Positions 1-9,589 of a stretch of DNA of 25,325 nucleotides are shown piece by piece; position 1 is the first letter of the stretch; every line of letters begins with the position of its first letter. Location: positions 1 through 25,325 of the IMG/VR virus record IMGVR_UViG_3300007722_000103, one strand, 5' to 3'. The translations under genes were made by a program, and so were the position numbers. This DNA is from a virus. Lineage: Duplodnaviria; Caudoviricetes. The notes under the pieces are model-generated. The model ran no database searches, had not been told where the DNA came from, and saw only the letters and a program-made list of their open reading frames with translations.

Positions 1-2
1 CT

Positions 3-89
3 TGCGATCCAAGAAACTTGAAATGGCAAGATAGTGGTTGTATTCTAGAGCATGATAGTGCTACAATAATTAAATTTTTACAAGGTTAA
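3..89 (+). CDS. possible 3' end of an upstream gene (partial)
   Basis: Frame open from the window edge to TAA at 87-89 (CDPRNLKWQDSG...KFLQG*), ending 2 nt before the uvsX ATG; too short to identify. Confidence 0.3.
   Translation, partial: CDPRNLKWQDSGCILEHDSATIIKFLQG
38..67 (+). promoter_or_regulatory. possible sigma70-type promoter for uvsX
   Basis: TTGTAT (38-43), 18 nt spacer, TG-n-TACAAT (62-67); AAGG at 82-85 precedes ATG 92. Confidence 0.4.
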
Positions 90-91
90 AC

Positions 92-1165
92 ATGGCAAAA
101 CCATTTGACATCTCAAAGTTCCGCAAGGACATCACAAAAAGCATACAAGGCTTGAGCATTGGATTCAACGATCCCACAGACTGGATCAGCACAGGCAACT
201 ATGCACTTAACTATCTGATCTCAGGAGACTTCAACAAAGGTATTCCGCTTGGCAAAGTTACAGTATTTGCTGGCGAATCGGGTGCAGGCAAAAGTTATAT
301 TTGTTCAGGCAACATTGTAAAGAACGCACAAGAGCAAGGCATCTTTGTTATTCTTGTTGATACAGAAAACGCACTTGACGAAGCATGGCTACGTGCATTG
401 GGTGTTGATACAAGCCCCGAAAAGTTGCTTAAACTCAATATGAGCATGATCGACGATGTTGCCAAAGCAATTTCTACGTTCATGATAGACTACAAAGCAC
501 TTCCGGAAGAAGAACGCATGAAAGTGTTATGGGTCATTGACTCGTTGGGCATGTTGCTTACACCAACTGATGTTAACCAGTTTGAGGCCGGCGACATGAA
601 AGGCGACATGGGCCGTAAACCCAAAGCATTGACATCACTTGTTCGTAACTCTGTCAATATGTTTGGCAGTTATAATGTGGGTTTGGTTGCAACCAATCAT
701 ACATATGCTAGTCAAGACATGTTCGATCCTGATGACAAGATCTCCGGCGGCCAGGGTTTCATCTATGCAAGCAGTATTGTGGTTGCAATGAAGAAGATGA
801 AGTTGAAGGAAGACGAAGATGGCAACAAGATTTCAGATGTTATGGGTATCCGTGCAGGGTGTAAAGTGATGAAAACACGCTATGCTAAACCTTTTGAAGG
901 CATGCAAGTTAAAATTCCTTACGCGTCTGGCATGAGTCCTCACAGTGGTCTGGTTGACTTGGCAGAAAGAAAAGAAATTCTCAAGAAGGAAGGAAACAGT
1001 TTGGTATTTGTGACCAGCGATGGCGAAATTATCAAGCAGTTCCGTAAAAAATGGGAAGCAAACACTGATGGGTGTCTGGACAAGCTGATGGCATACTTTG
1101 CAAGCCAGGCAGTCAAAATTCCAGAACTTGATGACACCGCAGTAGAAGAAACAACAGAGGTATAA
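92..1165 (+). CDS. uvsX: RecA/UvsX-like recombinase
   Basis: STG..ALN..ISG, Walker A GESGAGKS, VDTENALD, Walker B WVIDSLG, TNHTY and ISGG motifs of the UvsX-type RecA family. Confidence 0.95.
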   Translation: MAKPFDISKFRKDITKSIQGLSIGFNDPTDWISTGNYALNYLISGDFNKGIPLGKVTVFAGESGAGKSYICSGNIVKNAQEQGIFVILVDTENALDEAWLRALGVDTSPEKLLKLNMSMIDDVAKAISTFMIDYKALPEEERMKVLWVIDSLGMLLTPTDVNQFEAGDMKGDMGRKPKALTSLVRNSVNMFGSYNVGLVATNHTYASQDMFDPDDKISGGQGFIYASSIVVAMKKMKLKEDEDGNKISDVMGIRAGCKVMKTRYAKPFEGMQVKIPYASGMSPHSGLVDLAERKEILKKEGNSLVFVTSDGEIIKQFRKKWEANTDGCLDKLMAYFASQAVKIPELDDTAVEETTEV

Positions 1166-1166
1166 T

Positions 1167-1427
1167 ATGTCAGTAGAACTATCTAGCGAAATTTGGAATG
1201 AACTTAAACGATATATCAACACTGTTGATCGTCAAGAAGCTGCGGATGTGTTGGTATCTGTGTTGGTCGACAATGACGTTGCTCCAGATGATATCCGAGA
1301 CGTGTACAAAGGCGACAAGGAAGTTAAAGCATCGTTGGCAGCCTACATCAAAGATCTTGATGACGAACCAGAAGAAGAATACGATGACGAAGATGACGAC
1401 GACAACGAATCAGAGTACGAAGATTAA
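1167..1427 (+). CDS. small acidic hypothetical protein (86 aa)
   Basis: GAGG before the ATG, tight packing between uvsX and uvsY, D/E-rich C-terminal tail. Confidence 0.8.
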   Translation: MSVELSSEIWNELKRYINTVDRQEAADVLVSVLVDNDVAPDDIRDVYKGDKEVKASLAAYIKDLDDEPEEEYDDEDDDDNESEYED

Positions 1428-1429
1428 AT

Positions 1430-1882
1430 ATGTGGCTTAGTCGTGTTACAAATGATCTGGGAGCAATCCCAGATTTTATTGCTCATTATGAGCAAGAGCT
1501 TGGATCTGCACGACGTGATTGCTCAATTTCAGGCATGGTTGAGAGAAATATTTCAGCACTGCCGGGCATGACCGAACACAGATTCAACCAATTACAAGAA
1601 ATTGAAGCAGTACTAAATCATTTAAATATACAACTACGTAAGATTCGTCGTCGCCACTTTCAAAAGTACCTGGAAGGGTATGCCCGTGCACTGACCAGTA
1701 GAGATGCTGAAAAGTACGTTGATGGCGAAGATGAAGTAATTGACTTTGAAACCATCATCAACGAAGTGGCTTTCCTTAGAAACCGATTTCTAGGAATTAT
1801 GAAAGCAATGGAAAGTAAAAACTTCATGCTGGGGCATGTTGTTAGATTACGAGCCGCCGGAATGGAAGATATACAACTATGA
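1430..1882 (+). CDS. uvsY: UvsY-like recombination mediator
   Basis: 150 aa helical protein with 'RDAEKYVDGE' and 'K.MESKNFML..VVRLRAAG' C-terminus resembling UvsY; adjacent to uvsX. Confidence 0.75.
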   Translation: MWLSRVTNDLGAIPDFIAHYEQELGSARRDCSISGMVERNISALPGMTEHRFNQLQEIEAVLNHLNIQLRKIRRRHFQKYLEGYARALTSRDAEKYVDGEDEVIDFETIINEVAFLRNRFLGIMKAMESKNFMLGHVVRLRAAGMEDIQL

Positions 1883-2637
1883 GTTTTAGAAACGACGAAG
1901 AGCGGCACGAACACAGCTTACAAACTCTCAACACATTGTTTGAATACGATGATTTTATGGAAAGTATTGGCTCATTAGTTGATCTTGGATGCGGTGCCGG
2001 GGCAGACTTAGAATGGTGGGCAAGCAGAACTACGCGCGATGATGTGCCGATTCCGCTGAATATTCGCTGTACAGGAATTGACATTGTTGACGCACCGTCA
2101 AAGTTCAAAAAGTATCCCAACGTTACACATCAAAAGTTTGATATTGAAAAAGTCGACGAGCTAACATTAAAATCAAAGTTTGATGTGCTATGGTGTCATG
2201 ATGCTTTTCAGTACTGTGTTGATCCACTTGCCACATTGGCCAAGTGGAATGGCATCGCCGAAGATGGCGGTATGTTGGTAATGGCAGTTCCGCAGACCAC
2301 ATTCATGAATATACGTCAGTTGTCGTTTGTACAACCCAGTGGATGTTTTTATCATCATACTGTGGTCAGTTTGATGCACATGTTGGCAGTAAATGGTTGG
2401 GACTGTAATTCGGGATTCTTTTTAAAACAACCCGATGATGAATTCATCCATGTAATTGCGTACAAAAGCACACATGCACCAATGGATCCAAAAACAACTA
2501 CATGGCACGAGTTGGCCGAAAAAGACTTATTGCCAGAAACAGCAGTGGCAAGTATACAACATCACAATATGGTACGGCAGCAAGATCTAGTATTGCAATG
2601 GATTGATAAAAGTCTATCGATGATGGGACACCATTAA
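1879..2637 (+). CDS. class I SAM-dependent methyltransferase
   Basis: Motif I LVDLGCGAG, TGIDI, KFDVLW and DGGMLVM; ATGA overlap with uvsY. Confidence 0.8.
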   Translation: MSFRNDEERHEHSLQTLNTLFEYDDFMESIGSLVDLGCGAGADLEWWASRTTRDDVPIPLNIRCTGIDIVDAPSKFKKYPNVTHQKFDIEKVDELTLKSKFDVLWCHDAFQYCVDPLATLAKWNGIAEDGGMLVMAVPQTTFMNIRQLSFVQPSGCFYHHTVVSLMHMLAVNGWDCNSGFFLKQPDDEFIHVIAYKSTHAPMDPKTTTWHELAEKDLLPETAVASIQHHNMVRQQDLVLQWIDKSLSMMGHH

Positions 2638-3456
2638 ACGCTCAAGTGGTAGACCGGTGGCAATTTCATCTGTGTACCATTCGGTGTGTGCCAGTTGCTC
2701 TAACCATTGAGCACGATCTGGTCTTAACGGATTGTTTATTGTAGACAAATCCAAATTGCCAACAGGCGCTGCCAAACTAGACGCATTGACAAACGCCGGG
2801 ACACCTGCTAATATTGCTTGTGATCCCGGTCCGCTGTTGTGGTTGACCACTGCCCATGCAGTTGTTAAACTACGATCATAATCAAAGTTGTCGTACGTTC
2901 CTTGTACAGGGTTGGGCATTTCTATAACACATCCGGGAACGTTGCCTATACGCTGTCTTGGGTGCGGACGTATAACAATAGGTTTGTCTGTGTATTCTCT
3001 AATCTTACGAACAGTTTCTGTCAGCCAAGCAACAGTGGGAGGTTGTCCTGCCCATTGCTCGCTGTCGGATCGCTGGACCGCAATAACAATATTGTATCCA
3101 TTCTCGGTCCATGGCTTGGCTGCTAGCCGCAACTGGTTTGCCCGTCCTGGGATCAAATCTTTTCCGTAATACGCTGTACTTCCGGTACCGTTTAGTCCCA
3201 GTTTCCAAGTACTTCCGCGGCGCAACATTCCTACTTCCGCTACTATAACGGATCTTCCGCTTGATCTGAATGATTGCCACACTTCGCGATTGTGTCGCAT
3301 ACGGCCGTGCCACAGTTGGCTCCAGATAACAGCAATGTCTGCTGAACTGTCCATAGTGTTGTGGTCAACACCAATCTGGTCCAAACCTGTTCTTATGGCC
3401 TCAAAAACAGGTGAACTATTAAGTGCACCGTACTGGTCAAAAATACTTACTCTCAT
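2614..3456 (-). CDS. KpsS/KpsC-like putative glycosyltransferase, paralog 1
   Basis: IVIRPHP, AVVNHNSGPGSQAILAGVPAF, DRAQWLEQLAHTEW; motifs shared with three other ORFs in the window. Confidence 0.65.
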   Translation of the reverse strand: MRVSIFDQYGALNSSPVFEAIRTGLDQIGVDHNTMDSSADIAVIWSQLWHGRMRHNREVWQSFRSSGRSVIVAEVGMLRRGSTWKLGLNGTGSTAYYGKDLIPGRANQLRLAAKPWTENGYNIVIAVQRSDSEQWAGQPPTVAWLTETVRKIREYTDKPIVIRPHPRQRIGNVPGCVIEMPNPVQGTYDNFDYDRSLTTAWAVVNHNSGPGSQAILAGVPAFVNASSLAAPVGNLDLSTINNPLRPDRAQWLEQLAHTEWYTDEIATGLPLERLMVSHHR

Positions 3457-3464
3457 AATATACC

Positions 3465-3474
3465 TAGTTAAATA
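3465..3474. promoter_or_regulatory. overlapping divergent late-type promoter boxes
   Basis: TAAATA on + (3469-3474) and variant TAACTA on - (3465-3470) in the 41 nt gap between divergent genes. Confidence 0.45.
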
Positions 3475-3497
3475 TACACTTAGTTATAAGGAAAACT

Positions 3498-4310
3498 ATG
3501 AGTCAGAAATTCTCTGTTGTCACAACATTCAATGCGCACGGATACAACCAGTATGGCAAAAGAATGATCAGCACATTCTTACAAAACTGGCCTGCCGAAG
3601 TTGACTTGTTGGTTTACGCAGAAGATTGCACAGTGGTAGAATCTGCACCCAATTTAAAAGTGTTGGACTTGCACAACAAAAGTGCTGCATTGGTAGCGTT
3701 CAAAGAAAAATGGGCCAATGTTCCCAAGGCCAATGGCATAATATCATCGGATCCGGTACGAAGCCGACGCAAGGATGCCGGCAAAAGTTTTAAATGGAAT
3801 GCTATACGTTTTGCTCACAAAGTCTATGCTATTTTTGCGGCAAAAATAGCACACACTGATTGGTTGGTGTGGATGGACGCAGATACTGTATGTCATAGTC
3901 CTGTTACAATTGCCAAGTTGAATGAGCTATGTCCGTTGGACAAAGAACTTTGTTTTCTAGGCCGCCGTGGCAAGTATACCGAGTGTGGATTGTATGCAAT
4001 GAATTTACGTTCTACAAATGTGTTGGCTTTTCTTAATAAATTTCAACATGTGTACGACGATGCAGAAAACGGTATATTCACAATGCAAGAATGGCATGAT
4101 AGTTTTGTATTTGATGTTGTGCGCAAGTCAATGCCGCTAGCGGAACACGACTGGAGTGGGCATTTGATACAAGGCGAAGGCCATCCACTTATAAATTCAG
4201 AATGGGGTGCTTACTTGGATCATCTCAAAGGCAGTAGAAAAAGTCAAGGACGCAGTAAAGATCAAGACTTAATAGTGCCTAGAACAGAAGCATATTGGAA
4301 ACAACAATGA
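3498..4310 (+). CDS. GT-A fold glycosyltransferase
   Basis: VVTTF start, WLVWMDADT (DxD), WHDSFVFD, DHLKG.RK; TAAGGA ribosome binding site. Confidence 0.75.
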   Translation: MSQKFSVVTTFNAHGYNQYGKRMISTFLQNWPAEVDLLVYAEDCTVVESAPNLKVLDLHNKSAALVAFKEKWANVPKANGIISSDPVRSRRKDAGKSFKWNAIRFAHKVYAIFAAKIAHTDWLVWMDADTVCHSPVTIAKLNELCPLDKELCFLGRRGKYTECGLYAMNLRSTNVLAFLNKFQHVYDDAENGIFTMQEWHDSFVFDVVRKSMPLAEHDWSGHLIQGEGHPLINSEWGAYLDHLKGSRKSQGRSKDQDLIVPRTEAYWKQQ

Positions 4311-5032
4311 GAACATTTGCAGCAGTAACAACAATGAACAAAGCCTATTATGATTTGATAGGTCACAAAATGGTACAGTCGTTTATTAAGTATTGGCCAA
4401 AGTCTGTTACCTTGTACGTGATGACAGAGGGATTTGATATGCCCGACCAAGCTGACAACTTGGTCTGTATGGATGTCTATAAAACTTGCAATCCGCAACT
4501 GCAAAGTTTCTTAGATTGGCGGGGTACACACTTTACACGCAAGTTTACTTACAAAGCCTATGCCTGGATCAATGCATGCAAAATGTTGACGCAAGACGTA
4601 CTAATATATCTTGATGCAGATTCGGAAACGCATGCTCCTGTGCCGCACACATTCTTAGAAAACATATTACCACGCAACAGTATTATTTCGTACATGTATG
4701 CACCAGCAACAAGATCTACAGGCGAGCCAGTGGATAACGCAGAAACTTGTATCTATTTCTTCAACAACCAACATCCATTTGCCAAAACTTTTATGGAAAG
4801 ATACGAGCACATTTATGAATCCAGAGAAATAAGTGATCCGTACAGATTTTGTAAACCACACGATACTTGGGTAATAGCAGATTGTGTAAAGTTGGCCGAA
4901 ACCAACAATGTCAGAGTAACAAACCTTGCTCCTCAAAAGAAACATTTAAGCCCAATTGGAAAAACTGTACTAACCCAATATTTTTCCCATGCAAAAGGCA
5001 AGCGTAAGTACACAAAGAGTGAGAACACCTAA
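4307..5032 (+). CDS. GT-A fold glycosyltransferase, paralog of the preceding gene
   Basis: Start moved to MRTFAAVTT (ATGA overlap); IYLDADSE (DxD), PHDTWV, SHAKGKRK are collinear with 3498..4310. Confidence 0.7.
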   Translation: MRTFAAVTTMNKAYYDLIGHKMVQSFIKYWPKSVTLYVMTEGFDMPDQADNLVCMDVYKTCNPQLQSFLDWRGTHFTRKFTYKAYAWINACKMLTQDVLIYLDADSETHAPVPHTFLENILPRNSIISYMYAPATRSTGEPVDNAETCIYFFNNQHPFAKTFMERYEHIYESREISDPYRFCKPHDTWVIADCVKLAETNNVRVTNLAPQKKHLSPIGKTVLTQYFSHAKGKRKYTKSENT

Positions 5033-6012
5033 TGAAAAAAACAGCATTTGTAACCGGCATGACAGGGCAAGACGGTCCTTATCTTGCCAAATATCTATTA
5101 GAAAATGATTATCGAGTTTACGGGTTGGTACAGCGTTACTCCAATCCAAATTTGAGCAACATTGACTATCTTGGAATCCAAAATGATATTGAGCTGGTCA
5201 CAGGCGACATCACTGATGATGCCAGCATGAATCATTTGGTCAAAAGCATCAAGCCTAATGAATTTTATAATCTAGCTGCACAAAGTTTTGTAGGAGCCAG
5301 CTGGGATCTTAATAAAACCACTTCCGAAGTCAATGCAATGGGAGTATTGAACATTTTAAATGCTATTTTAAACAACAGTTCTACTACTAAATTTTACCAG
5401 GCCAGCACAAGCGAGCTGTATGGTAATAGCAACACCAACGGGATTCAAGATGAGGATACTCCGTTTAAACCCAGATCGCCTTACGCAATATCTAAACTAC
5501 ACGCCTATTGGACCACAGTGAACTTTAGAGAAAGTTATAGCTTGTACACTTGTAACGGTATATTGTTCAATCACGAAAGCCCGATCCGCGGCAAAGATTT
5601 TGTAACAAGAAAAGTAACAGACGGTGTTGCTCGTATCAAGCTGGGACTGTCTAACAAGATCACACTGGGCAATTTAGATGCCAAGCGTGATTGGGGTTTT
5701 GCCGGAGACTTTGTAGAAGCAATGCATACAATGATGCAGCAACCAGAACCAGATGACTATGTAATTTGTACAAGTGTGCAACACAGTATCAGAGAATTAT
5801 TAACTTACTCTTTTGAAGCCGCTGGTATAACAGACTGGGAGCACTATGTAGAAACAGATCCGCGCTTTAAACGTCCTGCTGAAGTTCATAGTTTGCATGG
5901 GTCATACAGCAAAGCAGAAAGAATGCTGAAATGGAAACCAAAAACATCATTTAAAGATATGGTAACGTTGATGGTGACAGAAGATATACGGAGACTATCA
6001 CATGAACATTGA
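5032..6012 (+). CDS. gmd: GDP-mannose 4,6-dehydratase
   Basis: TGMTGQDG, YNLAAQSFV, YQASTSELYG, SPYAISK (YxxxK), GILFNHESP, FVTRK, GNLDAKRDWG. Confidence 0.95.
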   Translation: MKKTAFVTGMTGQDGPYLAKYLLENDYRVYGLVQRYSNPNLSNIDYLGIQNDIELVTGDITDDASMNHLVKSIKPNEFYNLAAQSFVGASWDLNKTTSEVNAMGVLNILNAILNNSSTTKFYQASTSELYGNSNTNGIQDEDTPFKPRSPYAISKLHAYWTTVNFRESYSLYTCNGILFNHESPIRGKDFVTRKVTDGVARIKLGLSNKITLGNLDAKRDWGFAGDFVEAMHTMMQQPEPDDYVICTSVQHSIRELLTYSFEAAGITDWEHYVETDPRFKRPAEVHSLHGSYSKAERMLKWKPKTSFKDMVTLMVTEDIRRLSHEH

Positions 6013-6568
6013 ATGGCCAGTTGATGCAGTAATGGATCTGGGTTGGAGACAACAGTATTTCCGTACTGCTATTGATTTATTTAAACCACAATCATATTGT
6101 GAAATAGGATGCCATACTGGTCGTGCTGCCACAGTGACAACCGATTATTGTTTACAATACACAAGCAACTTTTATTTTGCAGGTTACGATCTATTTGAAC
6201 TGGCCACAGACGAAACACACAAGCAAGAAATCAACGGCAAAGGGTCTGGCAACTACGATGCGTGTGCAAAAAGATTTGAAAAACTAAAGGCACGGTCGTT
6301 GGCTAAGAATATAGATCTAGCATACAATCTATACAAAGGTTTCACACAAGACACACTGGAATCACGTGAGTTTGATATGGTGTTTGTTGATGGCGGACAC
6401 AGTTACGAAACTGTGTTGTATGATTATGAAAAAATAAAAGATTCCAAAGTGATATTTTTTGACGATTATGACATACCTGATGTCAAACGTGCTTGCGATG
6501 AAATAGGCGCTGTAAATTTAATCACGTGGCCTAGCAAAAAGAAACTGGCAGTGCTGATCAATGGCTAG
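6002..6568 (+). CDS. SAM-dependent methyltransferase (Methyltransf_24-like)
   Basis: EIGCHTG, FDMVFVDGGHSYE, IFFDDY. Confidence 0.8.
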   Translation: MNIEWPVDAVMDLGWRQQYFRTAIDLFKPQSYCEIGCHTGRAATVTTDYCLQYTSNFYFAGYDLFELATDETHKQEINGKGSGNYDACAKRFEKLKARSLAKNIDLAYNLYKGFTQDTLESREFDMVFVDGGHSYETVLYDYEKIKDSKVIFFDDYDIPDVKRACDEIGAVNLITWPSKKKLAVLING

Positions 6569-7289
6569 TAATTATAAATTGCCGTACGAACAACGTGTTT
6601 ATTCTCAGCACGGAGAAGATGGTATCATTGAGCACTTGATAAGCAATATTAAAAATCCCACTGGTGTTTGTGTAGAAATGGGCTGGGGGCAAGACAGCAA
6701 AAAAGCACGTGACGGACTAGCAGTAAACTGTACTCAAAATCTTGTACAGCACAAAGGATATCAGTGTTTTGCATTTGATCTCAATGTCCAAAACAGCATC
6801 CCGGCCAATGTTACATTTTACAATGAATGTATTGATCCTGCCAACTGCGCCGAGTACCTGACTAGATTTCCATTGGATGTAGACTTCTTCAGTCTTGATA
6901 TAGACAGTTTTGACTTTGAAATAATGCAAGGCCTACTAGAAAACAGTTTTCGACCAAAAGTCATTTGCGCAGAAATAAACAGGAATCTTGGATACGACTA
7001 CGAATTTTCATATCCGTATGTAGCAGGCGCCAAGTATAATAAGCATGTGTTTCACGGTGTAAGTTTTAAAAAGTACAAAACTTACTTAAAGACACACGGG
7101 TACGAATTCTTTACACTAAATTCAAATGGTGTAAACATGTTTTTCTATCGTCCAGACGAATTGCATGTTGATCGGCTATCTGCTGCGACAATACAACAAG
7201 TAGACGAAGTTGCCAAAAAAGCACTCACACTTGCTGAGTTACACACAGAAATTAAGAACAATTCTTATTGGCAAAACATTACGGTTTGA
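6561..7289 (+). CDS. FkbM-like putative methyltransferase
   Basis: YSQHGEDGII, VEMGWG, FFSLDIDSFD, RPKVICAEIN, GVNMFF. Confidence 0.7.
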   Translation: MASNYKLPYEQRVYSQHGEDGIIEHLISNIKNPTGVCVEMGWGQDSKKARDGLAVNCTQNLVQHKGYQCFAFDLNVQNSIPANVTFYNECIDPANCAEYLTRFPLDVDFFSLDIDSFDFEIMQGLLENSFRPKVICAEINRNLGYDYEFSYPYVAGAKYNKHVFHGVSFKKYKTYLKTHGYEFFTLNSNGVNMFFYRPDELHVDRLSAATIQQVDEVAKKALTLAELHTEIKNNSYWQNITV

Positions 7290-7755
7290 AAAACTCCACA
7301 TGTACATGTTTGCTTTTTCCTGATGCAAGAGAACAATATCCAGTATAACCTTTGCTTGTAACTAATTCTCTCAACGTGTCGACATCGTATCCGCTTTTGT
7401 GTACATCCCATACATCCAAAAAATTGCCCCGTTGATGTCCGTATATGTTGCGTTGTGCCCTGGCATCTTTGTCTAACCACTGCTGAACATGAACTCGCAT
7501 GTTGGGAATCAACATTTCTACTCTGCCACTGGGTTTGAGAATATTGTGCCAAACCTCCAACAGATACTCACCTTGCTTAAATGTAAGGTGTTCAAAAAAG
7601 TGTCTAGAAAATATATCAGTTACTGTGTTGGATTCAACATGTTTATCTATATCCCAAGCAGGACATGCAAAGTCGACTCCTGGCACGTCTCTTATGTCAC
7701 AAGTCATAAAGCCTTCTTTAGTAGGTGTTTCTCCGCATCCAAATTCTATTTTCAT
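7279..7755 (-). CDS. class I SAM-dependent methyltransferase (158 aa)
   Basis: Start moved to MKIEFGCG (ATGA overlap with upstream gene); SRHFFEHL, ILKPSG, HKSGYD. Confidence 0.75.
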   Translation of the reverse strand: MKIEFGCGETPTKEGFMTCDIRDVPGVDFACPAWDIDKHVESNTVTDIFSRHFFEHLTFKQGEYLLEVWHNILKPSGRVEMLIPNMRVHVQQWLDKDARAQRNIYGHQRGNFLDVWDVHKSGYDVDTLRELVTSKGYTGYCSLASGKSKHVHVEFFKP

Positions 7756-8684
7756 CTGTATATAATGGGCTTTAGATGAGCCCATGCCTCTCCACTTGCT
7801 AGTTCTTTGCTGTTCCACTGAGTGTATGCTATATCGTTACACCACTGTGTTCTGTCAATGTTGTAGTTTAAGTTTTCAATTTGCGATAACAAATGATGTG
7901 CCACAGGCCATGCCATGGATCCATTGTGTAATGCAAACACAGGAATTCCTTGAACCACTGCTTCTACAGCACTAAGACTGTTGTATGTCACTACACAGTA
8001 TGCGTTGTCTAAATCAGCTTGCAAACTGCTGCCGCCTGATGAAGAATCTTGATCGTTGGCTGCCCAGTCGCTGATCGAAACATTTGTGTTTGCATTGGCT
8101 AACAGTGCCAAATGCCCGCGACCTTTTCTTCCACTTGGATGCTGGCGTATCACAATAGGGCGATCGGTATACAGTCGTATAGTGTCAATTACCTGCTGTA
8201 CCCATACTGAAAATTTTACTTTGTTGAACTGAAGGTCAACTAGACTGCTGTCACCTGATTTTTGTCCCATAATAACAATGTTATCTCCGGGACTGCGCCA
8301 ATCTTTAAGTTGTATACCAGTTGCCGCTTGAAATTTATTCCAGCGGTCAGACGGCGAATTTTCGTTGCCACATATGCCTTGTGTCCACAAATAACTATAC
8401 CAACCAAGTCGTGTGTATCCGTGACTATGTGCGTACTGTCTAAAATTTGCACTTTCGTGTACTAAGAATGGTTTTGAACTTTGCAATATTTGTTCGTATG
8501 ATCCTAATATTCCTTCTGTTGTAAATTTTGTTTTAATTTGGTTGGTTTGCAAAAACACATCAGCTTGTTGTGCAACAGGATTGTTAATAGAATCAACCAG
8601 CGCATAGTCATCACCTGACACAAGCATTCCTGTGACTATAGATTTTACTCCTTTGACACTGCCGCGTATGCTTGCAATTTTCAT
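7752..8684 (-). CDS. KpsS/KpsC-like putative glycosyltransferase, paralog 2
   Basis: Start moved to MKIASI (ATGA overlap); NSPSDRW, GQKSGDSSL, IVIRQHP, VVTYNSLSAVEAVVQGIPVF, DRTQWCNDIAYTQW. Confidence 0.65.
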   Translation of the reverse strand: MKIASIRGSVKGVKSIVTGMLVSGDDYALVDSINNPVAQQADVFLQTNQIKTKFTTEGILGSYEQILQSSKPFLVHESANFRQYAHSHGYTRLGWYSYLWTQGICGNENSPSDRWNKFQAATGIQLKDWRSPGDNIVIMGQKSGDSSLVDLQFNKVKFSVWVQQVIDTIRLYTDRPIVIRQHPSGRKGRGHLALLANANTNVSISDWAANDQDSSSGGSSLQADLDNAYCVVTYNSLSAVEAVVQGIPVFALHNGSMAWPVAHHLLSQIENLNYNIDRTQWCNDIAYTQWNSKELASGEAWAHLKPIIYR

Positions 8685-9589
8685 ACATAAGTCCTGATGT
8701 GATGCCACGCTTCTCCAGACATGATTTCTTTTTGGCTCCAGTGACACATGGCAATCCGTTCTAGCCATGCTTGACGATCTGGCATAGCAGGATTTTCTAT
8801 TAGTCTAAAATCTGTATTGGCAACCTGAGCTGCTTGACTTTTTTCTGGGTCAGTGACAAATATTGGATACCCTTCAATCACAGATCCCACAGTGGGACTA
8901 GAATTGTGATTTACTACAGCCCAGCAATCTTTGAGATCGTCTAATAACGTAGATCCTGGTTCTGAAATTTTTACATTACGCATGTGACTGACGTCACCAA
9001 TATGTTGTCTTGCTGATTTATCACCGGGGTGGGGCCGCAATATAATAGGACGGCTTGTTGCTTGCTGTATTTTAGCAATAGTTTTGTTGGCCCATGCAAC
9101 TATATCGTAAGTTCCCATACTCCATCCGCCGTTGCGTTGCAAGCAGACCAGTATATGATTACCGTTGCGTCGCCAATCTTTTAAAGCAATGCCGGTATTG
9201 CGACTTATAGATTGCCAGTGAGCAGAATCTGGATTGTCCCAAAAGTAATTTCCTGTACTTGGAAATACTCCATCAAAACTGTATCTAGAGTATTCGTTCT
9301 TCCCGCGGTAGTTGAACAAGTTGCTGTCTACTACCAGCAGTTTATTGTTGTTTCTCTTTTGAAAATCAAATACTTCTTTTCTAAATAAATTGTGTGCAGC
9401 TTGTTTGCCTGTAGCATGTGGCCATCCTTGTATAAATGCCACGTTGGCATTGACCAACTGAGGACGTGTGGCCAGCACTCCATGGTCACCTGCTGCTTGA
9501 ACCCCGCCTACAAATCTTCTTAACAAATCCGACTTGTGTTGACTTTTTTTGCTGGGCGGAACAGACGACAAGTATGCTACAAATTTCAT
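8681..9589 (-). CDS. KpsS/KpsC-like putative glycosyltransferase, paralog 3
   Basis: Start moved to MKFVAY (ATGA overlap); IILRPHPGD, AVVNHNSSPTVGSVIEGYPIF, DRQAWLERIAMCHW. Confidence 0.65.
   Translation of the reverse strand: MKFVAYLSSVPPSKKSQHKSDLLRRFVGGVQAAGDHGVLATRPQLVNANVAFIQGWPHATGKQAAHNLFRKEVFDFQKRNNNKLLVVDSNLFNYRGKNEYSRYSFDGVFPSTGNYFWDNPDSAHWQSISRNTGIALKDWRRNGNHILVCLQRNGGWSMGTYDIVAWANKTIAKIQQATSRPIILRPHPGDKSARQHIGDVSHMRNVKISEPGSTLLDDLKDCWAVVNHNSSPTVGSVIEGYPIFVTDPEKSQAAQVANTDFRLIENPAMPDRQAWLERIAMCHWSQKEIMSGEAWHHIRTYV

Noticed and set aside
1161-1166. TATAAT directly before ATG 1167 and TAAATA at 1425-1430
   Set aside because: Both are formed by stop codons next to start codons, leaving no room for a transcription start.
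1370-1425. GAC/GAA trinucleotide-like repeats
   Set aside because: Explained by the Asp/Glu-rich coding tail.
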